The notes beneath the pieces are model-generated. The model was not told the origin of the DNA and did no database searches. It worked only from the letters and a program-made list of their open reading frames with translations. Positions 39,633-49,658 of a stretch of DNA of 64,000 bases are shown piece after piece; the stretch's first letter is position 1, and each line of letters begins with the position of its first letter. Source of the stretch: an uncultured bacterium (GTDB taxonomy: Bacteria > Macinerneyibacteriota > Macinerneyibacteria > Macinerneyibacteriales > DSCS01); assembly GCA_964548195.1 (NCBI GenBank), contig CAZJQC010000003.1, positions 17,323-81,322 of the forward strand, in the 5' to 3' direction. The position numbers were made by a program, and so were the translations under genes.

Positions 39633-42064
39633 GGCAGTTTTGCTCCGATCATAAAATTGATCTCATTCTCACCCTCGCCGAATATATACTCCCAGCGTAT
39701 ATACTTTAACAGTATCAGTTTCTGTTCGATGCCCGCCCCGTAATAGTATTTTCCGGCGGCACCCTCTCCGGCTTCTATCCTGCCCGCATAGACAAAAGGC
39801 ACGGCATATTTGTCGATGCCCGTAAACTTGAGGCCGGCTCTCACATCGCATACCTTATCATAATACGCGGAATCATCATTTACAAAGAGATTTTCATAAT
39901 AAATACGCTCGTTGTAAACTCTGTCCGTACCGTAGAACTTCCCCCAATATGCGGAAGCGTTCAGTGACAGGCTCGGCCCGATGCTTACACACCCCTCCGC
40001 TTTTGCGCTGAGACGCTGATAACCGGCGCCGTCAAAGGCTTTCTCATAGTTAAAAAACGTCCTGACGCCGTCGGTGGGTATGTAGGCGTCATTAAGCAGG
40101 TCTGTGGTGTGAGTCACTCCGGCCTTCATATATCTCCGTTCTCCGGAGGGGTATTCGTCAAGCCTGACCCGTTCGCCGTAGATGTTCAAACCGGCAAAAT
40201 ATCTTGATACGGATGCTGAAAGGCCGAAGGCGTCCTTTTTCCCCACGAAACCGTCCTCCGGGAAATACGTGTTCTTCTCAAAAGCATAATATGCCCTGAC
40301 GCCCAGAGGGCCGCCCCACAGGGAGGATGTGCCTGTAAAGACGCGCAGATTGAGGTCCCGGCTGAGCCCCATCTCGAAACCCGCGTAATCCCCCCATCTT
40401 AAAAAATCGTTATACATGAACTGCATGAATGTCAACAGTCCCCTGTCCGACATATAGCTGCCGGTGAATTTCATCAGCGCCTGTTCTTTTTCAGTGACGT
40501 TAAGGACGCATATATTGCCTTCCGGGGATTTTTCAAAATAGGGAACGACGCTTTTAAACTTTCCCGTGGCGTAAAGCACATCCAATGAGTGCAAAAAATC
40601 CTTGTCGAGTTTGGCGCCGTCCGTGTATCCCATTATGCTTCTGATCTTTGACTCCGAGATATATTTGTTGTTTTCGACGCGCAGTCCGTCAACATCTATG
40701 ACGGAGGTCATGATGGTCAGTGTCCCCTCCCTGAACTCGGTCATGCCCACGTTCAGCCCCCGTTCGCCGCTGTATATATACATGCGGCGTATCGTGTCAA
40801 GCAGGGATTTTACTTCTCCCAGGTTATCCGTGTCATACCACACCGACTTGTCCGGAGAATAGATACGTATGTTCTCTATGGACACCGTATTCACAACCCT
40901 TAGCACGCCGTCATCCAGTTCGGCCTCATATGCATAGATGTTATCTTTTTTCAGATGCGACTCTATCAGTTCATACATCTCGGGTTCCATCATATACGCT
41001 TTGACCGCGACGCGCTCCCCGCCCACATCAAGTTCCCTTATATAGTGTTTCCTGAACTCAAGGCCAATTTTTGCAATGATCTGTTCGGTGAATTTTGAGG
41101 CGTATTCATAACCTTTCTCGTATATCTCATTGTATTTGTTGAAACTTGCACTTGAATAACCCTGAAGAGGGACTTCGATTATGATATCCGCATACTTGTA
41201 TGCCTCTTCCTCCTTTTCGCTTATAAAATTTGATATCACCGATGTAAGGGTATTGATGATGGTTTGATCACGCGTTTTTTCCTCGCGTGTATTGAACTTT
41301 ACGCCCACGACGAAATCCACGCCCATGGCCCGGAGCTCCTCGGAAGGAAAATTATGGTATATGCCGCCGTCTACCAGCATCATACCCTCATGCCTTATGG
41401 GCGGGAACACGCCGGGTATGTTCATGCTGGTCCTTACGGCAAGGCCCAGGTCGCCCTTTTCCCAGACATACCCTTTTCCTGTTTTGATGTCGGCGGCCAC
41501 GGCCCTGAAGGGGTAATACAATCTGTTAAAATCATCAAGTCCGTCCATTATGCTCACGGTGGAGAGGTATGTGAACAGCAGTTTCTGCACCCCGTAATCG
41601 GGCAGGAGGCTCTGCGGCACGGAGAGGCCTTGCGGGCTTATATTCAGGGTTCCCATAAAGAGGTCATGGTCCGTCTTGCCGGCCGGGTTCAGGTTTTTTC
41701 GTTCGGGGCTGTATAGAAACATCTCCGCGAAATCCGTGGAATGCATCAGGTCGGTGACTTCTTCAATATCATAACCCGCCGCGATGAATCCGCCCATGAT
41801 CGCCCCCATGGATGTCCCTGTCATCATATCCGGCACAAGCCCCTTTTCCTCAAAGGCCTTCAATGCGCCCAGATGGGCAAAACCCAGCGCCCCGCCTCCG
41901 TTAAGGGCTATCCCCCACAATCTGCTTTTGAGCCTGTTTTCCTTGATCTTGCCCGTCGGGTATATGCTGACACTGTATTTGAGGGACAACTCCGACCCAT
42001 ACAGGCTGCTTGCGGACAAGGCGCATATGAGCAATATGTATGTCAACAGTCTATTTATCTTCAT
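39629..42064 (-). CDS. Patatin phospholipase-POTRA-beta-barrel outer-membrane protein (PlpD/type Vd-like)
   Basis: Signal peptide, GGGALG, GTSMG, DGG; POTRA LYATGKF..V.EK; aromatic beta-rich C-terminus. Confidence 0.8.
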   Translation of the reverse strand: MKINRLLTYILLICALSASSLYGSELSLKYSVSIYPTGKIKENRLKSRLWGIALNGGGALGFAHLGALKAFEEKGLVPDMMTGTSMGAIMGGFIAAGYDIEEVTDLMHSTDFAEMFLYSPERKNLNPAGKTDHDLFMGTLNISPQGLSVPQSLLPDYGVQKLLFTYLSTVSIMDGLDDFNRLYYPFRAVAADIKTGKGYVWEKGDLGLAVRTSMNIPGVFPPIRHEGMMLVDGGIYHNFPSEELRAMGVDFVVGVKFNTREEKTRDQTIINTLTSVISNFISEKEEEAYKYADIIIEVPLQGYSSASFNKYNEIYEKGYEYASKFTEQIIAKIGLEFRKHYIRELDVGGERVAVKAYMMEPEMYELIESHLKKDNIYAYEAELDDGVLRVVNTVSIENIRIYSPDKSVWYDTDNLGEVKSLLDTIRRMYIYSGERGLNVGMTEFREGTLTIMTSVIDVDGLRVENNKYISESKIRSIMGYTDGAKLDKDFLHSLDVLYATGKFKSVVPYFEKSPEGNICVLNVTEKEQALMKFTGSYMSDRGLLTFMQFMYNDFLRWGDYAGFEMGLSRDLNLRVFTGTSSLWGGPLGVRAYYAFEKNTYFPEDGFVGKKDAFGLSASVSRYFAGLNIYGERVRLDEYPSGERRYMKAGVTHTTDLLNDAYIPTDGVRTFFNYEKAFDGAGYQRLSAKAEGCVSIGPSLSLNASAYWGKFYGTDRVYNERIYYENLFVNDDSAYYDKVCDVRAGLKFTGIDKYAVPFVYAGRIEAGEGAAGKYYYGAGIEQKLILLKYIRWEYIFGEGENEINFMIGAKLP

Positions 42065-42431
42065 CGATTTCTCCGATCGTGATCTGTTCGCGTATTTTTT
42101 CAAAAGTCGCAGGCCCTATGCCTTTGACCTTCTTGATTTGTGCTATGTCTGTGAAAGGTCCGTTTTGCGTTCTGAACTTTATTATGGCGGCCGCCTTTAC
42201 GGAGCCGATGCCTTTTACGGACTGGAGTTCATCCGCCCCGGCAGTGTTTATGTCGACGGGCCCGGAGAGCGAGCCCGGCGCCGGCGTTATTTCATCAACA
42301 GCAGAGACGGAGGCGCTCTCATCATGAGCGCGCTTCAGGATGGAGATCCCGTAATGGCCCAGTGTCAGAAAAAAAAGCAGGAGGGCGGCGAAAAAAGCCG
42401 ACTTACGTAGAAACGATGCACTGCCATCCAT
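42051..42431 (-). CDS. comEA: ComEA helix-hairpin-helix DNA-binding protein
   Basis: TM anchor, VDINTA, GIGSVKA, NGPF, VKGIG. Confidence 0.88.
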   Translation of the reverse strand: MDGSASFLRKSAFFAALLLFFLTLGHYGISILKRAHDESASVSAVDEITPAPGSLSGPVDINTAGADELQSVKGIGSVKAAAIIKFRTQNGPFTDIAQIKKVKGIGPATFEKIREQITIGEIDEDK

Positions 42432-43215
42432 AGAACACAGCTCCGCTTATGATACCCATGAGCAGGACAATAGCCATGGCGGCATAATCGTTTGTCTCGA
42501 ACCTCAGCTTGATCCTTTTTGTCCTGAACTCCCCGCCGCGGTAACATCTGGTCTCCATGGCGTCGGCGAGTTCCTCGGCTCTTTTGAAACATGAGACGAA
42601 CAGCGGTATAAAGACCGGGAGCAGCCGTTTTATACGCACCATCACATTGCCCTGGTCGAAATCGACGCCGCGTGACATCTGGGCTTTGATCAGCCTGTCT
42701 ATCTCCTCCAGCAGCGTGGGTATGAAGCGGAGTGCGATGACAAGCATCAGCGCAATGTCTTCGACAGGGACCTTGAGCCTTTTAAGCGGCTTCATGAAAT
42801 ACTCTATGGCGTCGGTGAGGCTTAACGGGGAAGTGGTAAACGTCAATATCACGGACATGAAGACAAGAAGATATATCCTCAGCGAAAAAAGAGCGCCGTT
42901 GTGAAGCCCCTCTTCCGTGATACGCCAGAATATGACTTTTCCCGGCGTAAATAAAAGATTAAAGAGGGCGGAGAGGGTTATTAAAAAGATCACCGGCCTT
43001 ATACCTTTCCAGATATACCGGTATTTTAATGCGGAGAATATAAGCACCACATGGAGTGAAAGCATAAGAAAAATATAAACGGTAAGGGAGGGAAATGCGA
43101 ACACATAGGTCATGGCCGCGAACATGCCTATAAACTTCGTCCGCGGGTCCAATGAATGTACCGCCGAATCCAGCGGTATGTATTGTCCTATGGTAAAACT
43201 TCCTAAAAACTTCAT
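42403..43215 (-). CDS. ecfT: ECF transporter T component
   Basis: GQYIP..S.VH.LDPRTK, ALRFIP, AQMSRG, AMETRCY. Confidence 0.92.
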   Translation of the reverse strand: MKFLGSFTIGQYIPLDSAVHSLDPRTKFIGMFAAMTYVFAFPSLTVYIFLMLSLHVVLIFSALKYRYIWKGIRPVIFLITLSALFNLLFTPGKVIFWRITEEGLHNGALFSLRIYLLVFMSVILTFTTSPLSLTDAIEYFMKPLKRLKVPVEDIALMLVIALRFIPTLLEEIDRLIKAQMSRGVDFDQGNVMVRIKRLLPVFIPLFVSCFKRAEELADAMETRCYRGGEFRTKRIKLRFETNDYAAMAIVLLMGIISGAVFYGWQCIVST

Positions 43216-44249
43216 ATCTCTTTCTTCAGGTAATGATACAATAGTTCGGCGGTAGCTTCAAGTGATTCCTTATGGGTGCGCTCATACGCATGCGATGCGT
43301 CCACGCCCGGGCCCACTACTATGGTCCGTATGTCAAGCAGCGTCCTTCTGGCCGCCGATGCATCGGAGCCGTAATGGGGGTAAAGGTCTACTTTATAGGG
43401 TATTTTATACTTTTTCGCGGTGGCGACGAGCTCTCTTCGAAGTGAGAGGTCATAAGGGCCGCTTGAATCCTTGGCGCATATGCTCACAGTATACTCATCG
43501 GATTCCTGCCCTCTGCCGGGCGCCCCCATGTCCACAGCGATGAACTCCTCGCAGTTATTGTCCATGCCGTTGGCGGACCCTGCGCCCACCTCTTCCGTAT
43601 TATTGAAATAGAAAAAGACATCGCGCTGAGGCTCATACCCCTCCGCCCCGAGTCTTTTCATAAGAGCAAGCAGTATGGCGACACTGGCCTTGTCGTCCAG
43701 AAAACGGGATTTTATGAAACCGTTGTCCGTGATCACAGCCCTGGGATCGAATGAAATAAAATCTCCCACGGCTATGCCGTCGGCCCTTACGGAATCCGCA
43801 TCGCCGTACCTGCCGTCGATCCTGATCTCCATGTTCGCAGCTTTTCTTTCAAGCTTTCGCGCGTCATCATAAACATGCACTGATTGCGAGTTTGAGAGTA
43901 TGACACCTGTGTGCCTCCCCCCTGTTTCCGTATGGATCATGACGTTCTCGCATTCCACGGCGGTCATCAGAAAACCTCCCACGGGTTCAAGCACCAGCCT
44001 TCCGTTAGCCTTGATCTCCTTGACCATGGCGCCCAGCGTATCGACATGGGCGTCCAGCACCACGGAACGCCGGCTTTTGCCTTTCAGTACCGCCACCAGG
44101 GCTCCCTTTTTCATCTTTCTGATCTCGAAGGCCCCTTTGAACCCGGTGATCTCCCGTTCGATCATGTCCATCGCTTTTTCCGTAAACCCGGTGGGCGAAG
44201 GTATCTCAAGTATCCTTTTCAGGACATCAAATATGTAGTCAGTCATCAT
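43212..44249 (-). CDS. M42 family peptidase
   Basis: PSPTG, AHVDTLG, RFLDDK, EEVG, SHAYER. Confidence 0.9.
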   Translation of the reverse strand: MMTDYIFDVLKRILEIPSPTGFTEKAMDMIEREITGFKGAFEIRKMKKGALVAVLKGKSRRSVVLDAHVDTLGAMVKEIKANGRLVLEPVGGFLMTAVECENVMIHTETGGRHTGVILSNSQSVHVYDDARKLERKAANMEIRIDGRYGDADSVRADGIAVGDFISFDPRAVITDNGFIKSRFLDDKASVAILLALMKRLGAEGYEPQRDVFFYFNNTEEVGAGSANGMDNNCEEFIAVDMGAPGRGQESDEYTVSICAKDSSGPYDLSLRRELVATAKKYKIPYKVDLYPHYGSDASAARRTLLDIRTIVVGPGVDASHAYERTHKESLEATAELLYHYLKKEI

Positions 44250-44271
44250 CTCTCCTTGCTGCGCCGGGCTA

Positions 44272-45366
44272 TCAGTCGGCTTTTCTTCTGAACACCGCCG
44301 GAGTCTCAAAATCAGGCCCCTCGGGCGGTATCAGTATCAGCCTCTTCGGGACGGGGTCCTCCGCGAGGCGTTCTCTCATCTTCTCAGCCGTGTGTTTATT
44401 GACTTTCTTGAACCCCTTGGCTATCACGGTTATCTTCACCTCTTCTGCCATGTTCTCGTCAAACACTATGCCGTATTTCAGATTATTGTATCCTCCGGTC
44501 TTCTTTTCGACCACTTTGACTACCCTGTCCATCTCGGTCATGTCAAAATCGGCTCCGGCTATGACATTCATAAGTATCTCTTCGGCGCCTTCCATAGTAA
44601 GCGTCTCCATCAGAGGGCAATCCACCGCTTTTTCCGCCGCTTCCACAGCCTTGTTCTCACCGACGCCCACGCCTATGCCGATGAATACATCGCCCGGCGT
44701 CTGCATGACCTTGTTCAGGTCGCTGAAGTCCACATTGATTATACCGGTGCTGTCAAGCAGTTCCGTTATGCCGCGCACGGAGTCAAGCAGTACATTGTCG
44801 ACCATCCTGAAGGCCTGTACAAACGAGACTTTTCCGTCCTGAAGCAGGAAGAGTCTTTGATTGGGTATGACGATGACAGCGTCCGCGATCTCCTTCACAG
44901 ACTCTATGCCCTTGTCGGCGAACTCAAGCCTGTCTTTGCCTTCAAGCTCAAAAGGCTTTGTGACCACTGCGATAGTAAGAACGCCCATCTCCTTTGCGAT
45001 CTCCGCTATGATCGGGGTCGCTCCGGTACCGGTGCCGCCGCCCATGCCCGTGGTCAGAAAAAGAAGGCTTGAACCCTCAATAAGCTCGCGTATGCGCTCC
45101 TTGTCCTCCACGGCGGCCTTTTCCCCTATCTCGGGGTTGCCTCCGGCGCCCAATCCCTTGGTGAGTTTCGTTCCGATGGCAAGCTTGTTCCTCGCCCTTG
45201 ACTTTTCCAATACCTGCACATCGGTATTGATCGCGGTGAACTCAACGCCTTTCAATAGTCCGGATGATATCATGTTGTCAACGGCGTTGCAACCGCCGCC
45301 GCCCACCCCGAACACCTTGATCTTGACTTCAAACCTTGCGGCCTCTTGTCTTTCAATGCTTATCAT
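44272..45366 (-). CDS. ftsZ: Cell division protein FtsZ
   Basis: GVGGGG, GMGGGTGTG, INVDF, C-terminal PAVFRR. Confidence 0.97.
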   Translation of the reverse strand: MISIERQEAARFEVKIKVFGVGGGGCNAVDNMISSGLLKGVEFTAINTDVQVLEKSRARNKLAIGTKLTKGLGAGGNPEIGEKAAVEDKERIRELIEGSSLLFLTTGMGGGTGTGATPIIAEIAKEMGVLTIAVVTKPFELEGKDRLEFADKGIESVKEIADAVIVIPNQRLFLLQDGKVSFVQAFRMVDNVLLDSVRGITELLDSTGIINVDFSDLNKVMQTPGDVFIGIGVGVGENKAVEAAEKAVDCPLMETLTMEGAEEILMNVIAGADFDMTEMDRVVKVVEKKTGGYNNLKYGIVFDENMAEEVKITVIAKGFKKVNKHTAEKMRERLAEDPVPKRLILIPPEGPDFETPAVFRRKAD

Positions 45367-45377
45367 AGCTACCTCCC

Positions 45378-46637
45378 TTACCTGTTACCGAACAGTTTTT
45401 TTATATAACTCATCGCTTTTTTGTACATTCCCGGAAAATCACCCATGAATCTGTCATTGTATTCCCCGTAATGCTCCATACCGTATATCAAAAGCCCCAC
45501 GGCTGCGGCAAATTCAGGCCGGCTCACGTCAAGCCCTCCGAGGCTTCTGTGGGGCAGCCCCACTTTCACCTGCACGTCAAATATCTGCTCCAGAAGTTTG
45601 TCAAAACCGTGAAGGTTCGCCATACCGCCTGTGAGTATTATCCCGGCGGGAAGGTCTCTGCTTATGTTAATGCTGCTCCTCTTCACCCTGTCATATATCA
45701 GGTCGCTGATCTCCTCAAGCCTTGGCCGTATGATCTCTTCCAGGTTTTCTCTTTTTATATGCTGCGGCTCGCGTCCCCCCACGGAAGGCACCTCGATGAT
45801 CTCCTCGGGGTCGATATTGCCGTCAATAAACGTCGTCCCGTATTTCACCTTCAGCCGTTCCGCTTTGTTCTTGGGTGTACGCAGCACGGTCGCAAGGTCC
45901 TTTGTCACTATGTTCCCGCCGATTTCCAGAACATCGCTGAACGCGAGGGCGTCATCAAGATATATTGCCATGTCGGTAGTCCCCGCTCCCATATCAAGCA
46001 CCATACATCCTAATTCGGATTCATCCTTATCCATGACAGCCAGCGATGATGCGAGCAGATTCGGCACGGTATCCTGAAGGTCGATGTCAGCCTTCATCAC
46101 GCATTTCTCTATATTGCGTATCTGCTGCGAATTGCACATGACTATATGCATATCTACGCCAAGTTTTATGCCGGACATGCCCCGCGGCTCTTTTATCCGG
46201 TCTTCACCGTCTATGCTGAACCATCTGGAGATCTGTTTTACAACGGTCTTGGTCTCCGGCAAAGGTTCGACCTTGGTCTTGGCCTGTTCCTTTACGCGGT
46301 CCACATCATCCTGGTCTATCTCATGTTCGCGGCCGGATACCACCACACTGCCTTCTTCGTTCCGCGATTCTATATGACGTCCGCTGAAACCCGCAACGGC
46401 CTTCTCGATCCTTTCGCCGTACTGAGCCTGGGCGTCTTCAGTCACCTGCGCGATATTTTTCACGGTCATCTCTATGTTTTTGATGATACCCTCGCTGATT
46501 CCGCAGTTGCCCGCATTGCATGTGACCATGCCTATACCCTTGATCTCAAGGCCGTTGTTATCATCAAAAGTGCCTATCAGTCCCTTTAAGTTCTGAGATC
46601 CGAGGTCCAAACTCATTATGACTTTTTCGTTTTCCAT
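45378..46637 (-). CDS. ftsA: Cell division protein FtsA
   Basis: LDLGS, DMGAGTT, AERLK, LTGG. Confidence 0.95.
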   Translation of the reverse strand: MENEKVIMSLDLGSQNLKGLIGTFDDNNGLEIKGIGMVTCNAGNCGISEGIIKNIEMTVKNIAQVTEDAQAQYGERIEKAVAGFSGRHIESRNEEGSVVVSGREHEIDQDDVDRVKEQAKTKVEPLPETKTVVKQISRWFSIDGEDRIKEPRGMSGIKLGVDMHIVMCNSQQIRNIEKCVMKADIDLQDTVPNLLASSLAVMDKDESELGCMVLDMGAGTTDMAIYLDDALAFSDVLEIGGNIVTKDLATVLRTPKNKAERLKVKYGTTFIDGNIDPEEIIEVPSVGGREPQHIKRENLEEIIRPRLEEISDLIYDRVKRSSINISRDLPAGIILTGGMANLHGFDKLLEQIFDVQVKVGLPHRSLGGLDVSRPEFAAAVGLLIYGMEHYGEYNDRFMGDFPGMYKKAMSYIKKLFGNR

Positions 46638-47338
46638 TACACACCTCCGTTCCCAAGCACGACATACGGCAGGAACCGCAGATCAGCATAATCCGATCCC
46701 TTCAGGCGCTCTTTACACTGATTCAGAGCCGACAGTTTCTCTTTATAGCCGTCTTTGCCGAAATTGCACAAAACAGTATCCCCTTCATCGTTTATATATG
46801 TCACTATTATCCCTTTTTTGCCGTCGCAATCCACCTTGTCCGCCTTATAGCCTCCGAAGGCAAGGTCTTCTTCCGAACAGAGACTGAGTCCCTCGGCCAG
46901 ATACTCACTGCCTGCCAGTAGCGGCAGCCCTTCAAGCCCCTGACATGAAAAGACATTCCCCTTCCCGTCCATGGCTTTCAACGATCCGTCGCTGTCTCTG
47001 ACTTTACACAGCGGGACTCGGCGTGTGATCTTTATGGCGATCTTTCCCGGGTAAACGGATCTGACTTCGGCGCCTTCTATGGCCGGGTCCGCGCACACGG
47101 TCTCTCTGATGTCCTTGAGGTCGATCTTCAGCAGGTTCTGCCCCTTCAGGTATTCAAGGCTGCCGCCGTCAAAACCGTCGCCCCCGCTGACCTCTATGGC
47201 TTTTATCTCGAAAAAGGACCAGTTGGAGAGTACCGAATATATGCCGACGGCGGCGCCTATGCAAAGCGAGACCGCTATGGCCAGCCCGATGGGGTTGACA
47301 GCGGTTTTTCTTCTTCGTCGCCTGTATACCGGCTTCAT
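46637..47338 (-). CDS. ftsQ: FtsQ/DivIB
   Basis: Basic N-terminus, TM, POTRA (F.IKAIEVSG), DLRF; position before ftsA. Confidence 0.85.
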   Translation of the reverse strand: MKPVYRRRRRKTAVNPIGLAIAVSLCIGAAVGIYSVLSNWSFFEIKAIEVSGGDGFDGGSLEYLKGQNLLKIDLKDIRETVCADPAIEGAEVRSVYPGKIAIKITRRVPLCKVRDSDGSLKAMDGKGNVFSCQGLEGLPLLAGSEYLAEGLSLCSEEDLAFGGYKADKVDCDGKKGIIVTYINDEGDTVLCNFGKDGYKEKLSALNQCKERLKGSDYADLRFLPYVVLGNGGV

Positions 47339-48660
47339 GATCCGACACGCTCCTCTATCATTTTCAATACCCTGTTCACATTGCCTGCTCCAAATGTGAT
47401 GATGTTTGTGTTATTGTCGATCAATGTCAGACATATGGATGCGGCCTTGCCCAGGTCTTCCGCGAAATAAACGTTTTCCCTGATATTCTTCAATGCCGCG
47501 TAGATCTCATCAGCGTCGCGCTCTCCGGCTTTTTTTGTTTCCGAAGCGGCATAGACCGGCAAAATTATCAACACATCCCCCGTTGTCTTCAGCACCTCTT
47601 TAAATTCGTCAAAGAACGCATTGAACCGGCTGTAGCGATGAGGTTGAAAGACCACGATGTTCTGCCGCCGCGGGTCCAGTGACTTGTACGTCGAACGGAT
47701 CTCGGTGGGGTGGTGCGCATAATCATCGATGAGCGCTATGCCGTCTTGCCTGAGCACGGTCTCAAGCCTTCTTGCCGTACCCCTGAAACCGGAGACGGCT
47801 GCCGCTGTTTCCAATGGCGCGAAACCTGCGGACAGCAGCATGACAAATGCGAGAAAGGCGTCAAACACGAAATACTTTCCGTTGCGCGGCAGATCCACCC
47901 GTACTCCTCCGTATGAGAACCAGTTATCACCGTGTTCGGAAGGACACAGGTCCCCGGATCCGAGGCCGACTGTCCTGATGTTCTCTCTGCTGCCGGTCTC
48001 TTTTGCCACAAGCGGCCAGGCTTCCGCCCCTATGAAGAGATCGCCGTCAAAATCCCTTATGAAATCGGCGTAGGCGCGCGCGTACCCTTCCATATCGCCG
48101 TAGGTATCCACGTGCTCAAGTTCTATGTTCGTCACGCCGGCTATGCCGCTTTTAAAAGAGAGGAAACTTCTGTCGCTCTCATCCAGCTCAACCGCCGCGA
48201 ACTCACCGGAACCGTAAAAACCGTTTTTTCCGGTCATATTCAGGATCCCGCCCAGGTAATAGGAGGCGTTTCGGCTGCCTTCAAGCTTTACAAGAGATTC
48301 CGCCAGTATGGAAGCCACAGTGGTCTTGCCGTGGCTGCCCACAGTCGCCATACACCTTTTGCCATCAAGCAGCACGGGCAAAAAATCACCGCGCCGCATG
48401 ATCTTTATGCCGGCGGACTCAGCCTTTTTCAGTTCGGGGTTGTCCGGCCTCACGGCACTGGAAAATACTACCAGATCGGTGTCGTCGGGAAGGTTTGTGC
48501 GGTCATGCGGCACAAAAACAAGGGCGCCGCGCGCGCTCAGAGCCTCGACGCGCTCATTCCGGCCGATATCCGAACCTGTGACCCGAAAGCCCCTGTCCAG
48601 GCATATATCCGCCAAAGCGCTGACTCCGATCCCTCCTATGCCGACAAAATGTATCTTCAT
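47335..48660 (-). CDS. murC: UDP-MurNAc-L-alanine ligase
   Basis: HFVGIGGIG, GSHGKTT, ELDESD, DDYAHHPTEI, FQPHRYSR. Confidence 0.95.
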   Translation of the reverse strand: MKIHFVGIGGIGVSALADICLDRGFRVTGSDIGRNERVEALSARGALVFVPHDRTNLPDDTDLVVFSSAVRPDNPELKKAESAGIKIMRRGDFLPVLLDGKRCMATVGSHGKTTVASILAESLVKLEGSRNASYYLGGILNMTGKNGFYGSGEFAAVELDESDRSFLSFKSGIAGVTNIELEHVDTYGDMEGYARAYADFIRDFDGDLFIGAEAWPLVAKETGSRENIRTVGLGSGDLCPSEHGDNWFSYGGVRVDLPRNGKYFVFDAFLAFVMLLSAGFAPLETAAAVSGFRGTARRLETVLRQDGIALIDDYAHHPTEIRSTYKSLDPRRQNIVVFQPHRYSRFNAFFDEFKEVLKTTGDVLIILPVYAASETKKAGERDADEIYAALKNIRENVYFAEDLGKAASICLTLIDNNTNIITFGAGNVNRVLKMIEERVGS

Positions 48661-49658
48661 CTCATCTCCTTAATGATCTCTTTTACGGCATCCGCCGGTC
48701 TCACCTGCAGGGACTCTCCGAACCTTGCCGACATCTCATCCAGAGCGGACTCAAGCCTCGCGGTAAAAGAGTCGCCTTCGGCCACCGCGGCATAGAGCCC
48801 GTATGACGCGGCGGCGGCGGCATTGGCTGTCTGATGGTCGTCTTTTGCATACGGATACGGTATAAGGATGCCGGGCGTGCCCGTGACAAAAAGTTCCGCC
48901 AGCACCGTCGCGCCCGCCCTTGAGATCACAAAATCGGTCTGCGCGTATACGTTTTCCATATCTTCCCTATACGCGAAAATCTGTATGTTTTCGCCATGAG
49001 GAGCGTTTTGCATCATATATTCATAATCCCTTTTGCCGGTGATCCAAATGACCTTCATGCGGTTTTTCGAAAAGTAGCCTCTTTTCATCAGCTCAAGCAC
49101 CGCGTTATTCACCGCCCTGGCGCCGAGGCTTCCCCCGAGCACCGTGATATGGCCGCCGATTTTTTTTATATCCCTTATCTCTTTTCTGACGGGATTGCCT
49201 GTGACCGCGACATTGCATCTTCCAAGCCTCGCCTCGCTTTCGGCAAATGACAAAAAGACCTTTTCCGCGCGGGAAGCGGCCATGCGCGTCACCCTTCCCG
49301 GTATGACATTCTGTTCAAGCAGATAGTATTTAAGCCCGAGCAGCCTTGCAGCCACTATAAAGAAAAAGGTGACATAGCCTCCTGCGCAGACCATCCTGTC
49401 ATACCTTTCTTTTTTCATGGCGGAGATGATGGCGGACATAGCGGCTATATCCTTAAATAGCCAGCAAAATCCCTCAAAAGGCCGCCTGATGTCAAAACCC
49501 TTAAAATCGAAACCATTCATTGCCGCCACGTCGCCTTCCATCCTGTTGAGAGAGCCGCCCCAGGTGATCTTTTCGCCCTTCTCGGCCAGCGCCCTGGCAA
49601 GTGCAAGGGCCGGGTATATATGGCCTCCCGTTCCGCCTGCGGCGATAAGCGTCTTCAT
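48657..49658 (-). CDS. murG: MurG GlcNAc transferase
   Basis: GGTGGH, EQN, TGNPVR, GGSLGA, SRAGA, HQ. Confidence 0.95.
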   Translation of the reverse strand: MKTLIAAGGTGGHIYPALALARALAEKGEKITWGGSLNRMEGDVAAMNGFDFKGFDIRRPFEGFCWLFKDIAAMSAIISAMKKERYDRMVCAGGYVTFFFIVAARLLGLKYYLLEQNVIPGRVTRMAASRAEKVFLSFAESEARLGRCNVAVTGNPVRKEIRDIKKIGGHITVLGGSLGARAVNNAVLELMKRGYFSKNRMKVIWITGKRDYEYMMQNAPHGENIQIFAYREDMENVYAQTDFVISRAGATVLAELFVTGTPGILIPYPYAKDDHQTANAAAAASYGLYAAVAEGDSFTARLESALDEMSARFGESLQVRPADAVKEIIKEMR

